A stretch of 64,000 bases of DNA, taken from assembly GCA_002104945.1 (NCBI GenBank), contig MCFH01000020.1, forward strand, positions 558,001-622,000. Reading direction: 5' to 3'. A program made the position numbers and the translations under genes. Below the pieces are notes generated by a model that did not search any database, had not been told where the DNA came from, and saw nothing but the letters and a program-made list of their open reading frames with translations. This stretch comes from Piromyces finnis finn (lineage: Eukaryota > Fungi > Neocallimastigomycota). Position 1 is the first letter of the stretch, and the number at the start of each line of letters is the position of its first letter. Shown one piece after another: positions 52,127-64,000 of this stretch.

Positions 52127-55100
52127 TTAATCTTTGTTATCAGAATTAATGTTCTTATTTACTGGAACTTCTGTAATATCAGAAGAAGCAGTATTATCAG
52201 GAACACTACTTATATCAAGTTGAACATCCTTATTATTTTCAGATTCTTTTAATTTCTTTTCCATTATTTTCTTTTCTTTTCTTCTATTACCAATAACTGG
52301 AATGAAACCATAGCATAACGTTAATATAAATGTTACAGCTGCTGCTGGAACTAATACCATTAAATAAGCTTTAGTAATTGCATTAACATAATATTTTTCA
52401 CCATCAGGAACGGTATGAATATCATTTACAGTAACTATTATAAAAATATTATATTATTATTAATATTAAGTGATATCTAAAAAAATTAATTTTATGTATT
52501 ATACAATAAACTATCTATTTATTACCATTTGTATCTGGATAATTTTCTCTATAATATTTTGGGAATTTATTTGAAATTACTGTACTATTTATATATATAT
52601 ATTAAATAATATAGTTGTCCGTTAATTATAAAATGTAATGATTATATTTCATTCATCTTTTATACTTATAATAAATTAAATAATTACCCAACTAATGTTA
52701 CACCCATAACACCACCAATTAAACGGAAGAAATTGTTAAGAGTTGTTCCAATAGCTAAATCTAATTATCAGATGATGATAATAAATAGTTTAAATAAAAA
52801 AGAAATTTTTTTTAATTTTTTTTATAAAGAATTATTAATTTATATATATAACTTGTCAACTAAATTTATATACATACATTTTTTCTCAGCAGATTGTTGA
52901 GTAATAAGTGTTGTGTTTTGCATGACTAAACCAACACCAAGACCAAATAATCCGGTGGCAATTAATTCAAAAATATATTTGGTATCCATTTTGAATAATG
53001 AAATTAAAAATGATGTCAAAACTAACATTAATGAACCAACTTCCATATAATTTTGAATATAACCAAATCTTCCAATTAAATAACCACTTCCTATATTACC
53101 AACGGAGATAAGAATTCTATAAAAATAGATAAAAATAATTTCATTAATTATTTTATAAATATAAAGTAATGATTAAAAGTATTTACAATTTAAAAAAAAA
53201 TAGCAAGATAGCACTTTATACTTACGATTGTGGAACTAATCTTAATCCAGAATTGGTAGCTGAAATTCCACGACCATCCTCTAAAAATTATACATTAGCA
53301 TTAATAAATGATTTCATTTTATTAAAATAAATTCTCAATATTTAAATTTTTTAAACCTACGATAGTATAAAGGAACAGTATTACAAAAACCTAAAAAGGT
53401 GATACCGAGTGTAAAACTAATGAAACAAGATAATCCAACATTTCTATTTTTAAATATTTGGAATGGAGTTAATGGTTCTCTGGCAACCTTCCATTCTACA
53501 AGTAAATAGAGAATAAAACCAATTACAAATCCAACAAACAATAAAATAATAACAGTAGATTTCCATTCATACTTTGATCCACCCCAACTAAGTCCAAGTA
53601 ATAATGAAACAACAGATACTTTAAAAATAAAAGATATTTTGTGAATATCAAATATCATATTACCTAAACATCACTTATTGAATATAAAATTAAAAAAAAA
53701 AAAACTTACAAACAATAAGAAGAGTACCCAAGAAATCAATTCTTTTGAATTTTTCCATGAAAGTACCTGGAGGTGTTGGAATATTAACAAATAATGATAT
53801 GACGATAACAGCAACTACACCAATTGGAACATTTACATAAAATGCCCATCTCCAACTTTTATTAAGATGAAAGTTATATATATAATAATTCATTTAATTA
53901 TTTGTTATTTAATTTTTTTTTTTACAATAATTATTAATTTTTATTACCTTAAATTATCAGTAAAGAAACCGCCAACTAAAGGACCAATTACTGATGAGAA
54001 TGCAAAAACAGCACCAACAATACCCATATATATACCTCTGTTAAAAAAGATGAGAAAATTACCCAAGAATTAGAATTTTATTAATATTGAGCATTTATTA
54101 TATTAATAATTATTTAATAAGATCTTTATAAAATAAAAACCTTTTTCTTAAAGGAACGATATCAGCGATAATAATGTTTGTCATTGCTAAAATACCACCA
54201 CCACTAATACCTTGAAAACCTCTTGAAATAATAAGCATTTTAATGTTTTGGGCAGCTGTATGTTAATTATTAAATTAAAACTTTTTTAATTATTATTCAA
54301 ATAAAAATAAATTATACTTATATATTAATCTTACCACCACAAAGAGCTGAAGTAGATGCAAAGACTACTAAAGCAAAAATCATTACAGGTCTTCTACCAA
54401 AAATATCAGCGACTGTATTATTCAATTATAAAATATTTTTTTTAAACATTAATAATTTGAATGAATTATATTTTAAATTAATAATAAAATAGTTTTTATT
54501 ATATACTAACATTTTCCAAACACTTTTTATATTAGAAAGATAAAATTATTTTATGATAATATAATTAATAATAAAAAAAAAAAAAAAAAGATTAGTTTTT
54601 TTTTATTAGTTTTAAATATATATTATAAAATAAAAAAAAAATATTATTTACTTGGTTGAAAAGAAGTATTTCCTAACATATAAGCTGTAATAACCCAAGT
54701 ATATTCATCTTTTGAGTGAAATTGAGTACTAATAGTTGGTAATGCTGTTGCAACAATAGAAATATCTAAACTAGACATAACCAATGAAACGACTTTATTT
54801 TTATATATAAAATATTATTTAGTATGCAAGCATTTCAATTTAATTTATATAAAAAAATATTTTTATTATAAAAAATAATAATAATTACTTAAAGCCAAAA
54901 TAACCAAGGCAAATCTAGTCTAAAATTATTATTGTTTAGATGAAAGTTTTATTTTTATTAATTATTATAATATAGCTAAAAAAAAAAAAAAAATGAAATT
55001 ATATTATTAAATACTCACTCTTGTTAATTGAACATTTACTGCATCAAGACTTTTAGAATTTTCTTTTTTGAAATCCAATTGTTTTTCATTTACATTTTCT

Positions 55101-55180
55101 GGATTTTCTTTTTTAATCGTATCCATTTCAATGGTATTATCATTTAGTGTTGAATTATCAGGAGATGAATTGTTTTCCAT
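52127..55180 (-). CDS. MFS DHA2 transporter paralog 5, intron-rich, closest to paralog 4
   Basis: Exons give MENNSSPD..., [21 protein letters not shown], a micro-exon x[38 protein letters not shown] and [12 protein letters not shown], and end ...NINSDNKD*. Confidence 0.88.
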
Positions 55181-57625
55181 TTTTGTTAAAATAATTTAAA
55201 CAATTTCTTTTTTAATATTGAATTATGTTTATAAACCTAAAAGTACATTTAATAGAATTTAATGTTAAAAATCTTTAATTTTTTTTTTACATCATCTAAT
55301 CTAAATAGCTACCTTTTTTTCCTTTTCTCTTTTGTTGAATTTTAATTGTTTCTTTTATTTTTTTTTTATTTTTTTTTTTTTTTTTGAATATAATTAAACG
55401 ATTTTTGACAACTTTTTTTTTTTTTTTATATTCTTTTTGTGAAATTAAAAAAAAAAAAAAATTTTAATCTAAAAATTTGTTTTAAAATTTTTTGATATAA
55501 TTTTAAAATATATTAGAATATATTAATTATTTATTTAAATGAAATTATTATATATATTATAATATATAATCAAATATATTATTATTAATGTTATTTTTTC
55601 TTATAATCATAAAAAAGTGATTCTTTCAAACTATCCGAGCACATTTCATAAGAAAAGTTATTATTACCTTTACTTCTCTATTTAAGAGAAAAAAGTAATA
55701 ATTAGCACAATCAAATGCATATTCAAAGCAATTATTCTATATAATAAGTTCATAATATTAATAATGGTAATAATAATAATTGTATATTCTTTACAATCAA
55801 TTTCTTTTTTGAATGATTATTTTGAATATTTTTAGTGGAAAAATTTTTTATATTATATCTTTTCATTGAAATTAAAATTTTATAAATAATAATCTAGCTA
55901 AAGGATTAAAAAAAAATACTTTTTATTATTATAATAATTTTAATTGTGTATTGCGATGAAGGCTCATTATTTCTTCTAGTTATTTATTATTCAATGCAAT
56001 AGTGTGGGTTACTATTGTAAAAAAAAAAGGATACTTTTTATAAAAAATATTTCAGTTGTTTTTTCAATATTTTTTAATTTATTGCAGATAAAATATAATT
56101 TTAAAATATTATTATAATACACTGTAATATATGGAAATAATATAATAATAATTAAAAAAAATAATTTTTCCGCTTATTGACTAATGAAATAAAATTTAAA
56201 AAGGTTAGTTTTAATAAAAAAAAAAAAAGCAACTAAATAGTTACAGTTATGACAAGTGGGGTGTAGCATGAATAATAATATAAAATAGCTTTTTTGCTTA
56301 TTAAATAATAATGAAAGAAGATAATTACTGCTTGGAAAATACTACAAAATGGTTATTGATAACAACGTTTTTTTTTTTTTTTGTATAAAAAAGTGCTATT
56401 TTTTTTTGACTTTTATAGTCACTGTCACAAAAAGTAATTTAAAATAATACTTTTTTATTTTTAAAAGAATTATTCTTGTTTATATTAAAATAATTATCCA
56501 AAGTATTCTCATAAACTATATAAACTATTAAAAAAATTTATAAATAAAAGCAATTTGATTTATTAAAAGTATTAGTATTAATGGTAAAGGAATGAATCTT
56601 AATAATAGTAAAAGTAGGTGAATGAGAATATGAGCATGAGTTTCTAATTAAATAAATGTTTAAAATTAAATTTATTCTTATTTTCACTATTAAATTTGAA
56701 AATTGTTTTGCCAAAGGAACTAAATAAAACTTTTTTTAAATATATAATCAAAACAAAACTAAACAAAAAATCAAACCTTTTTTTTAATTTTATTATTATT
56801 TTATATTTTCTAAATTACATTTCATAATATAAAAAAATATAATAATTTATAAACAAACTAAACACCCTATATGAAATTTCAAGTATCATATTTTCGATAT
56901 TATTAATCATCCTTAAATTTCAACTTATTTACAAAGTAATAAGCAAAGTTTCTAAATAAATTGTATTAATAAATATAATACATAATTCCAAAACAAACTT
57001 TTCAGTATTATTATAAAGAAACAATAAATTATTAATTACATTGTAATGTTTTATTTTTTTTTTCTTGATAAATTAAAGTATTATAGTACTTTACTTTGAG
57101 TTAAGTTTATGTAATTTAGTTTATTATTAATTTCAAATATATAGCCGAGCGGCGAATATGTTCAAGGGCATTATTCATGCCCTGACGAATTAGGAAAACT
57201 ACGTTTCCTCAAATTCTCTTTGAACTTAATCTTGCTCTTGAGAATATATAACCAGAGATTTAGAGATAGATATAAAAAAAAAGTATATATAAGTAATATA
57301 GAAAAATAAAAAATAAAAACATTTATACAATAACACTTTCTGAGAAAAGCTGTCCAATGAGTGTATTCATTTAATTTTATATTACCAAATAGTTTTTTTT
57401 TAAAAAACTATGATAGAGAAATAATTTTATTTTATATTATAAACAAGATTATTAGTAATAATGGTAGAGATTTTATTTAATCATCATCAAATAGAGTATA
57501 AATATAATTTTAATTAACGAACCAATGGAGTAAAAAAAAATACTAAAATTATTATGATAAACTATACTAATAAAAACTTTTTTTCCTTTGATATAAATAG
57601 TAATGAATTGATTTTCATTACATTG

Positions 57626-57730
57626 TTTTTAAATATGTAATTAATTATATAATATTTCGTTTAATAATACTATTAAAAACTATTTTTTTTAAATATATGA
57701 TTAATTGTATAATATTTCGTTTAATAATAA
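57626..57730. repeat. Imperfect tandem duplication with a 60-bp period
   Basis: ttttaaatatgtaattaattatataatatttcgtttaataata recurs 60 bp later as ttttaaatatatgattaattgtataatatttcgtttaataata. Confidence 0.75.
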
Positions 57731-60525
57731 GAGTAAAAATATTTTTATAATAATTTATGATAATTATTATAATGAAATTAATAACTTCAAGTATAAGCTC
57801 TAATTTAAAATTTTAATTTATATATAAATTATATGTACATATGTATGAATATGTTAATAATTATGCATTGCATTAACATTTATTTAAAGAAGATATTTAT
57901 ATGAGCTAAGAAGTTATATTTAATATAATAATAAAGAACAATAATACTATATTTTTATTTTTATATAAAAGAAGGAATTATATGTATATTAATTATTATC
58001 AGCATATTTTATAAATAATAATATTAATTATTATAAAAATATATATATTATTATATATATATATATATATTTTCTAAAACATAAAAGTACAATTATTTGA
58101 AAAATATCAAAAAATTATAAAATATATATAATACATATTATCACTATTATCATTATTACTATTTTTTTTTTTTTTTTTTTTTTGTTAAAAATGAATTATT
58201 GAAAATTTTTAAACTTACTATTATTTAACTAATTATAATTTTTAATTTGTTTAAAGTATGTCACTGGTTAGTTTAAACATTTTATAAATAAATATTGCAT
58301 GCATTAACTATTACTAATTTTATAATAAGATTATAATTTATAATTGGTGAAGATTTTGTTTCCTTAAATACTATTTCAATTATACAGAAATCAGAGATTA
58401 GTGAAATGTTGAAATTTGGATTTTCTTATTTTCCTATATAATTTATATAAATTTTAAAATATATTTTTTAACTTTATAGGATTATTATTATTTATTATTA
58501 TTATTACAGATTATTACTACTACTACCACCACAACTACTAACTATAACCATCACCACCACCACCAATAATAATAAAGAATAAAAAAAAAAAAAGTAATTT
58601 TAAAATATATTTTGAATAGGATGTTTATTAGCTTACATTAAATTCGTTTTACCTACAATTTTTTTTTTTTTTACTTCTTCACATAACTCTATAAAATTAA
58701 AATTTTTAAAGTTTAATTTAATTACTTCCTTTTTTATATAAAAATAATTTTTAAAATTTCCAAGTATACTGTACAAATTATAAGTAAATTATGATTTTTC
58801 TTTTTTATATTAATTGAAAATTAAATAGTAAATTAGATTAAACTAAGAGATTTTTATTATTGATATTTAATAATAAATATACTTTATTTCGTTATACAAA
58901 TGACAAATTTTAATAATAGTTTAATAATGTTAAAATTTCCTTCAAATAATATGATATAAATCATAATATAATTATATTTTATATTTCAATTATATATATA
59001 TTTCAATTATAATATGGAATAATCATTAAATTTTAGTATTTTATAAAATTTAAAATCATAATTAATTATTCTCTATGGAAAAGCTTATTTTAAGAAGAAT
59101 ATTGACTTTAATTAATAATATAATGTGATATGTCGTAATTTATATTTTTTAAATATTTAACTTTTGAATAGAAGGAATTATATATATATATACAGTTTTT
59201 TTTAAGGCTTATGAAAAATGAATTATTAATAATTTATAAAGATGAAATATATAAAGGAAAGCTTAATTTTTCAAATAATATAAATTAATGAGGTTTTCCC
59301 TTTTTGATTACTATTTATTATTATTATTATTATTTTTTTATAATTTCTGAATTATTTTTTATTCAGAGTTATTTTTGGTATTATTATTATTTTTTTTTTA
59401 TGAAAAAAAAGTAGTTTTTATTTTAAAATGTTTATGTTTGAAAAGTAATTTATATATTATTAATAAAAAATAAAAAAATATTATATAGTAAAATTATTTA
59501 TTCATATTTTAACAAAGTTTCCAAAAATATTTTTAATAGATTATTTTTTTTTTTTAAAAACTAGTTATCATAAGAAGTAAAAGGAAAACTAATTTATATT
59601 GATTTATTTCAAAAAAAAAGAAAGAAAGAAAAAATAACTTATTTAAAAATATATAAAGTTATTTATTTTAAATAACTCATTACATACAAAACCAAGACAT
59701 AAATAATTTTATTTATAATTTAAAATTTTTGGATTTTACTATCTAATTAATAAAAAGAAAAGTTTCAAGGATCAATTAAATCATGAATAATTAAATAAAT
59801 TGATAATTTTTCATCAAGTTCTTATCCAAAAAAAGAGAAAAAATATTTTAAAGATGACATTAAGTTATGAAAATCATCTTAAATGAAAATATAAAAGAAA
59901 GTAAAGATCATATTAATAATTAGTATATAAACACCAAAGAAAAGGAAATTATTATTTCACAAATTAACTATATTCATATTAAAGAAAAACAATATATAGG
60001 TTGTATTAAAATATTTTTTGTAATCAAGTAAATTTTTATAAAAAAAGGTAATATTACACGACATACAAATCAACACCCCCCAAAAAAAATATTAAAACCG
60101 TTTTTTGGAATTTTAGTAAATCAAAATTTCATTAAAGGGAAATATTTTTTTATTTTATAAAATTGTAATTTATTAATATTTTTTTATTGATAAATTATGA
60201 TAATTTAAAAAATTAAATATTAATAAAAATAATAATATTAGTTTAAAAAAAAAAAAAAAAAAAGGAAAGAAATCACCATAAATATAAACATTAATATAAA
60301 TAAAAATTAGCAAATAATTAAACATACACATATATATGCTTGTTTATTATAAAAGATATTAAATCAGTATCTTCAATAATACTAAAGAAAAAAAAAATAG
60401 TAATATAAAAAGTGTAGTTCAATATTATTAAAAATAATAATAATAATAAAAAAATAAAACCTAATCAAAGAAAATATAAAGATAGGATATTTATATAATT
60501 TAAGCTTATAACCAATAATTTAAAA

Positions 60526-61916
60526 ATGTACAAAAGAAATGTTGATACTAAAACCATAATGAATAATACAAAAGGTAAAGATTTAAATAATATTATTAAT
60601 TAAAATTATAAAATTAAAAAATTTTTAATATAAAATTACTTTTTCATATTAAAAATAGATCGTTCAAGTAAATATGAAAAGAAAAATAAGAAGAAAATTA
60701 GAAAATTTTTTAAAAATATATTTAAAAAAAAAAGTAGTTCCAAGAAAGAAGATATTGAATATGACAACCTCAGTGATGTATCTAATTGTGCTACAATTAA
60801 TGCCCCAGATGAATATAACAGAAAATATTCACAATTAACTCAATTTGATTCTTCTTCTGAAGCAACAATTATTAATCCAAGTGTGACATCTTCAACAAAT
60901 GATATTTATTATAACAGATTTAATTCTTCAACTTTTCCACCAAATACATCAAAAATTCAAAATGAATTTGATAGTAAAGGAAACACTATTACTTCAGCAA
61001 ATGAATTCTATCAACATAATCAACTTAAACCATTCAATATATCTTCAAACCAAAATTTTTTGAATAGCAATATTACTAGAGCTAGTTTTTATTCGATACC
61101 ATCCTATAGTTATTCAAATATAATTCCTTCAGGTGATCATATTCCATTAAAACTTATTGGGAGAAATGAATTAACAACACCTATTATTAATAATTGGGTT
61201 GCAGAACAAATTAGAACCAAAATTCCACATCTTTATAAAGAAGCTATTAAATGGAAATTACTCTATAGTATTGATCAACATGGACTTAGTTTAAATACAC
61301 TTTATTCAAACGTTAAACATGCTGGACCATGTGTAATGGCTATTATCACTGATAATGATGAAATTTTTGGTGCCTTTACTCCTGAGCCATTTGATCCTAC
61401 TATCAGTAAAAGCTATTATGGAAATGGTTTAAGGTTTGTATTTTTTAAAAAAGCTATATTATATAAATATAATATTTTTTAAACTTTATAGACAAAAGGG
61501 TCCCCCCCAAAAAAAAAAAAGCTGCGAGGATTTACTAAATCATATTAATTCTATTCATTGCTATTTTAGTTTTATATGGAAACTCAATAATCGTAATAAT
61601 GTTGATTTTTATCAATCAAAAAACACAAATCAATATTACATGCTTGCAGATAATCATTTTATTGCCATGGGTGGAGGGTAAGTGTTCAAATAAATTATAT
61701 ATAAATACATCTTCAAGAGAACCATAAGTACTAAAAAAAATTTTATTTTTTTTTTAATCCTCAAATTATAGAAATGGAAAATTCGGATTATACCTTAATG
61801 AAAATCTTATTGATGGATATTTATCCCCATGTATGACATTTGATTATAATAGTAATATTTTAGAAAATGAAAACTTTGAATGTTTTGGCCTTGAAATATG
61901 GGGATTTGAATTTTAA
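60526..61916 (+). CDS. TLDc-domain oxidation-resistance protein (OXR1/NCOA7-like), 4 exons
   Basis: Introns 60575-60658, 61434-61569 and 61678-61771 splice in frame. The product reads WKLLYSIDQHGLSLNTLY, EIFGAF, YYGNGLSFIWK, FIAMGGGNGKFGLYLNENL..G...C.TF and ends FECFGLEIWGFEF*. The start codon is inferred. Confidence 0.85.
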
Positions 61917-62039
61917 TTGGAAATATTAATTTAAAAAAAAAAAAAAAAATACAAAATACAAAATACCACCGCCACCACCGCTTACATAAATAACTTACAC
62001 ACATAGTTATAATTTTAATTTAATTTATCTTCGTATTTC

Positions 62040-62074
<35 letters not shown>

Positions 62075-62082
62075 TGTAGTAG
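62040..62082. repeat. (TAG)n microsatellite
   Basis: Direct reading. Confidence 0.9.
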
Positions 62083-62677
62083 TATTTAATATTTTAATAA
62101 TTTTAATAACCCATATGGATATGCTTTTATTTTTTAACATCGTCATTCATTTTAAGTTTGTTTTTTAAAAAATTATTTATATTTTATTATTTTTATATTT
62201 ATATCCACTAGCTATATTTTATTTTTATTATTCATAATTAATATCATATTTATATTATTTATATTCGCATTTCTTATATAGTACGCGCTGACTAGTAATT
62301 ACGCATTTACTTTATAAATTTTAATTTCTTTTTTTTTTTTTTTTTTTTTTTTATAAATATATATATATATATATATAAACTACTTTTTTTTAATAATTTA
62401 ACAACAAAAAAAAAAAAAAAAAAAAAATTAATATTAACATTATAATTTTAATATTAATACTTAGTTAAACCTAACTCATAAATTCTTTTAATTATTATTA
62501 ATCATTATTTTGTATTATCATAAATGATAATCTGTAATGATTGATATTATATAATTAAAAAAAAAAAAAAATACCCTTTTTTTTTTAAATATATATAAAG
62601 TAGTAAAGAAAAAAAAAAAAAAAAAAAAAAAAAGGAAAGGATAAAAAAAAGAAAATATTTAAAAAAAAGAAAAAACC

Positions 62678-62785
<108 letters not shown>

Positions 62786-63080
62786 TAACAAAAAAACAAA
62801 AATAATCAAAAATTATGTGTATAATTATTGAATATTGAATTGTCATCATTTATTAATGATATTTTCATTTTTATTATTAAATATTTTATTTTATTAAAAA
62901 AAAAAAATAGATAGAATAAATATATATATATAAATTGGTGTGTATTTTTTTTTTTTTTTTAAAAAATATTTACTATATTTATTTAAATATTATTTTATTG
63001 TTAAATTTTACTTTCTTAAAATTTTTTTTTTTTATTGATCTTTTTGTTTTTTTTTTTAAAAAAAAATCCATTAAAATATT

Positions 63081-64000
63081 TTAAGGAATAGCTCCTATTA
63101 AACCATTATTTTTAAATACACATTGACAATTACATCCCGCAGGACAATATTTATTTTTCTCTTTAACAAACCAATCTCTTATATGATTCATATGTCCACC
63201 ATGATTACATATCATACAAAAGTTTGTTAATCCTATATATAAAAAATTTATATTAAAAAAATAATATATATATATTTTTTTAATATTAATTATTATTCTT
63301 ATAATAGTTATCTTATTTTTTGAAATAAAGTGTTCTTACCTCTAACTGGTAATCTACAAATAGCACAGATAGAACCACGTTTACTTTCATTACAACGCAT
63401 ACAGAAAAATCCTTTGTTATTTGGGATTAAATCTTTTTCACAATGAGAACATTTTATGGTAAGTTCTATATTTTGTAAATTATTGATTATTTATTATAGT
63501 AAATAGGGTAATATATATAAAGTTATTAATTATTATAAAATGTTTTTTTTTTTTTTATTGTAAATTTATTTATTCATTAATTAAAGGTATAAAGAAGAAA
63601 TATGAAATGCTTTTATAATTACCAAATGGTGGTGATTCAGTTTCGTTTAAATGCTGTTCTGTAACGAATTTTAATATTTCAGCTCTTTGTTTTAAATATC
63701 CCCATGAATATAAAATTTCTGCATAAACTATTCGGTAGCAATCATACAATGTTTGTTTATTAGAATCGATTAATGGAATATAAATATCACTATGGAATTA
63801 TTAAAAAAGTTATAAAATATACATTATTTGTTTAGAATAATAAAGTATAAATATAATAGTTTATTTTAACTAAAGATTATAAATTTTATTTATAATACTG
63901 CTATTATAACATATTTTATAACACATTTATTTTATTATTCTTAGTAATTACCCTCCTTCTTCATCATCAAATTCACCATATGGTTGAACACGACTCATGG
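63081..64000 (-). CDS. WDR59: WDR59/Mtc5 (GATOR2/SEA complex subunit)-like, 3' end only
   Basis: CYRIVYAEILYSWGYLKQRAEILKFV is followed by a C-terminal RING: CAICRLPVR...TNFCMICNHGGHMNHIREWF...CPAGCNCQC. Confidence 0.8.

Noticed and set aside
56028-56035. U12-type 5' splice motif GTATCCTT on the minus strand
   Set aside because: It is intergenic, with no flanking exon or branch site. All introns I resolved are ordinary GT-AG.
57160-57230. Canonical hammerhead or HDV-like ribozyme call
   Set aside because: CTGACGA is present, but no GAAA follows stem II and there is no NUH site before stem I. GGCGAAT resembles the HDV J4/2 strand, but no P1/P3 pseudoknot partners lie upstream. Kept only as an unassigned structured element.
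59750-60100. Purine-rich, coding-looking stretch upstream of the TLDc gene
   Set aside because: It has frequent stops and no consistent splice path or recognisable motif.

Overview
Extremely AT-rich eukaryotic DNA with many short GT-AG introns. Composition and gene content fit an anaerobic gut fungus (Neocallimastigomycota); this taxon call is an inference. The left third holds housekeeping genes: the 3' end of a Stt4-type PI4-kinase, a Nup188-like nucleoporin, an unidentified multi-exon gene, METTL5, SAC1 and cytosolic prolyl-tRNA synthetase. From about 23 to 55 kb lies an accessory block, all on the minus strand. It holds five apparently intact DHA2-type (14-TMS) MFS efflux transporter paralogs plus one deleted pseudogene. 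It also holds a tandem pair of intronless, bacterial-like aldo/keto reductases separated by a decayed LINE fragment, and a secreted, probably GPI-anchored beta-helix protein. The right end has a 5 kb intergenic region containing a GC-rich foldable island, a TLDc (OXR1-like) gene and the 3' end of a WDR59/Mtc5-like gene. Exon coordinates were read by eye and may be off by a few bases. No database searches were run.
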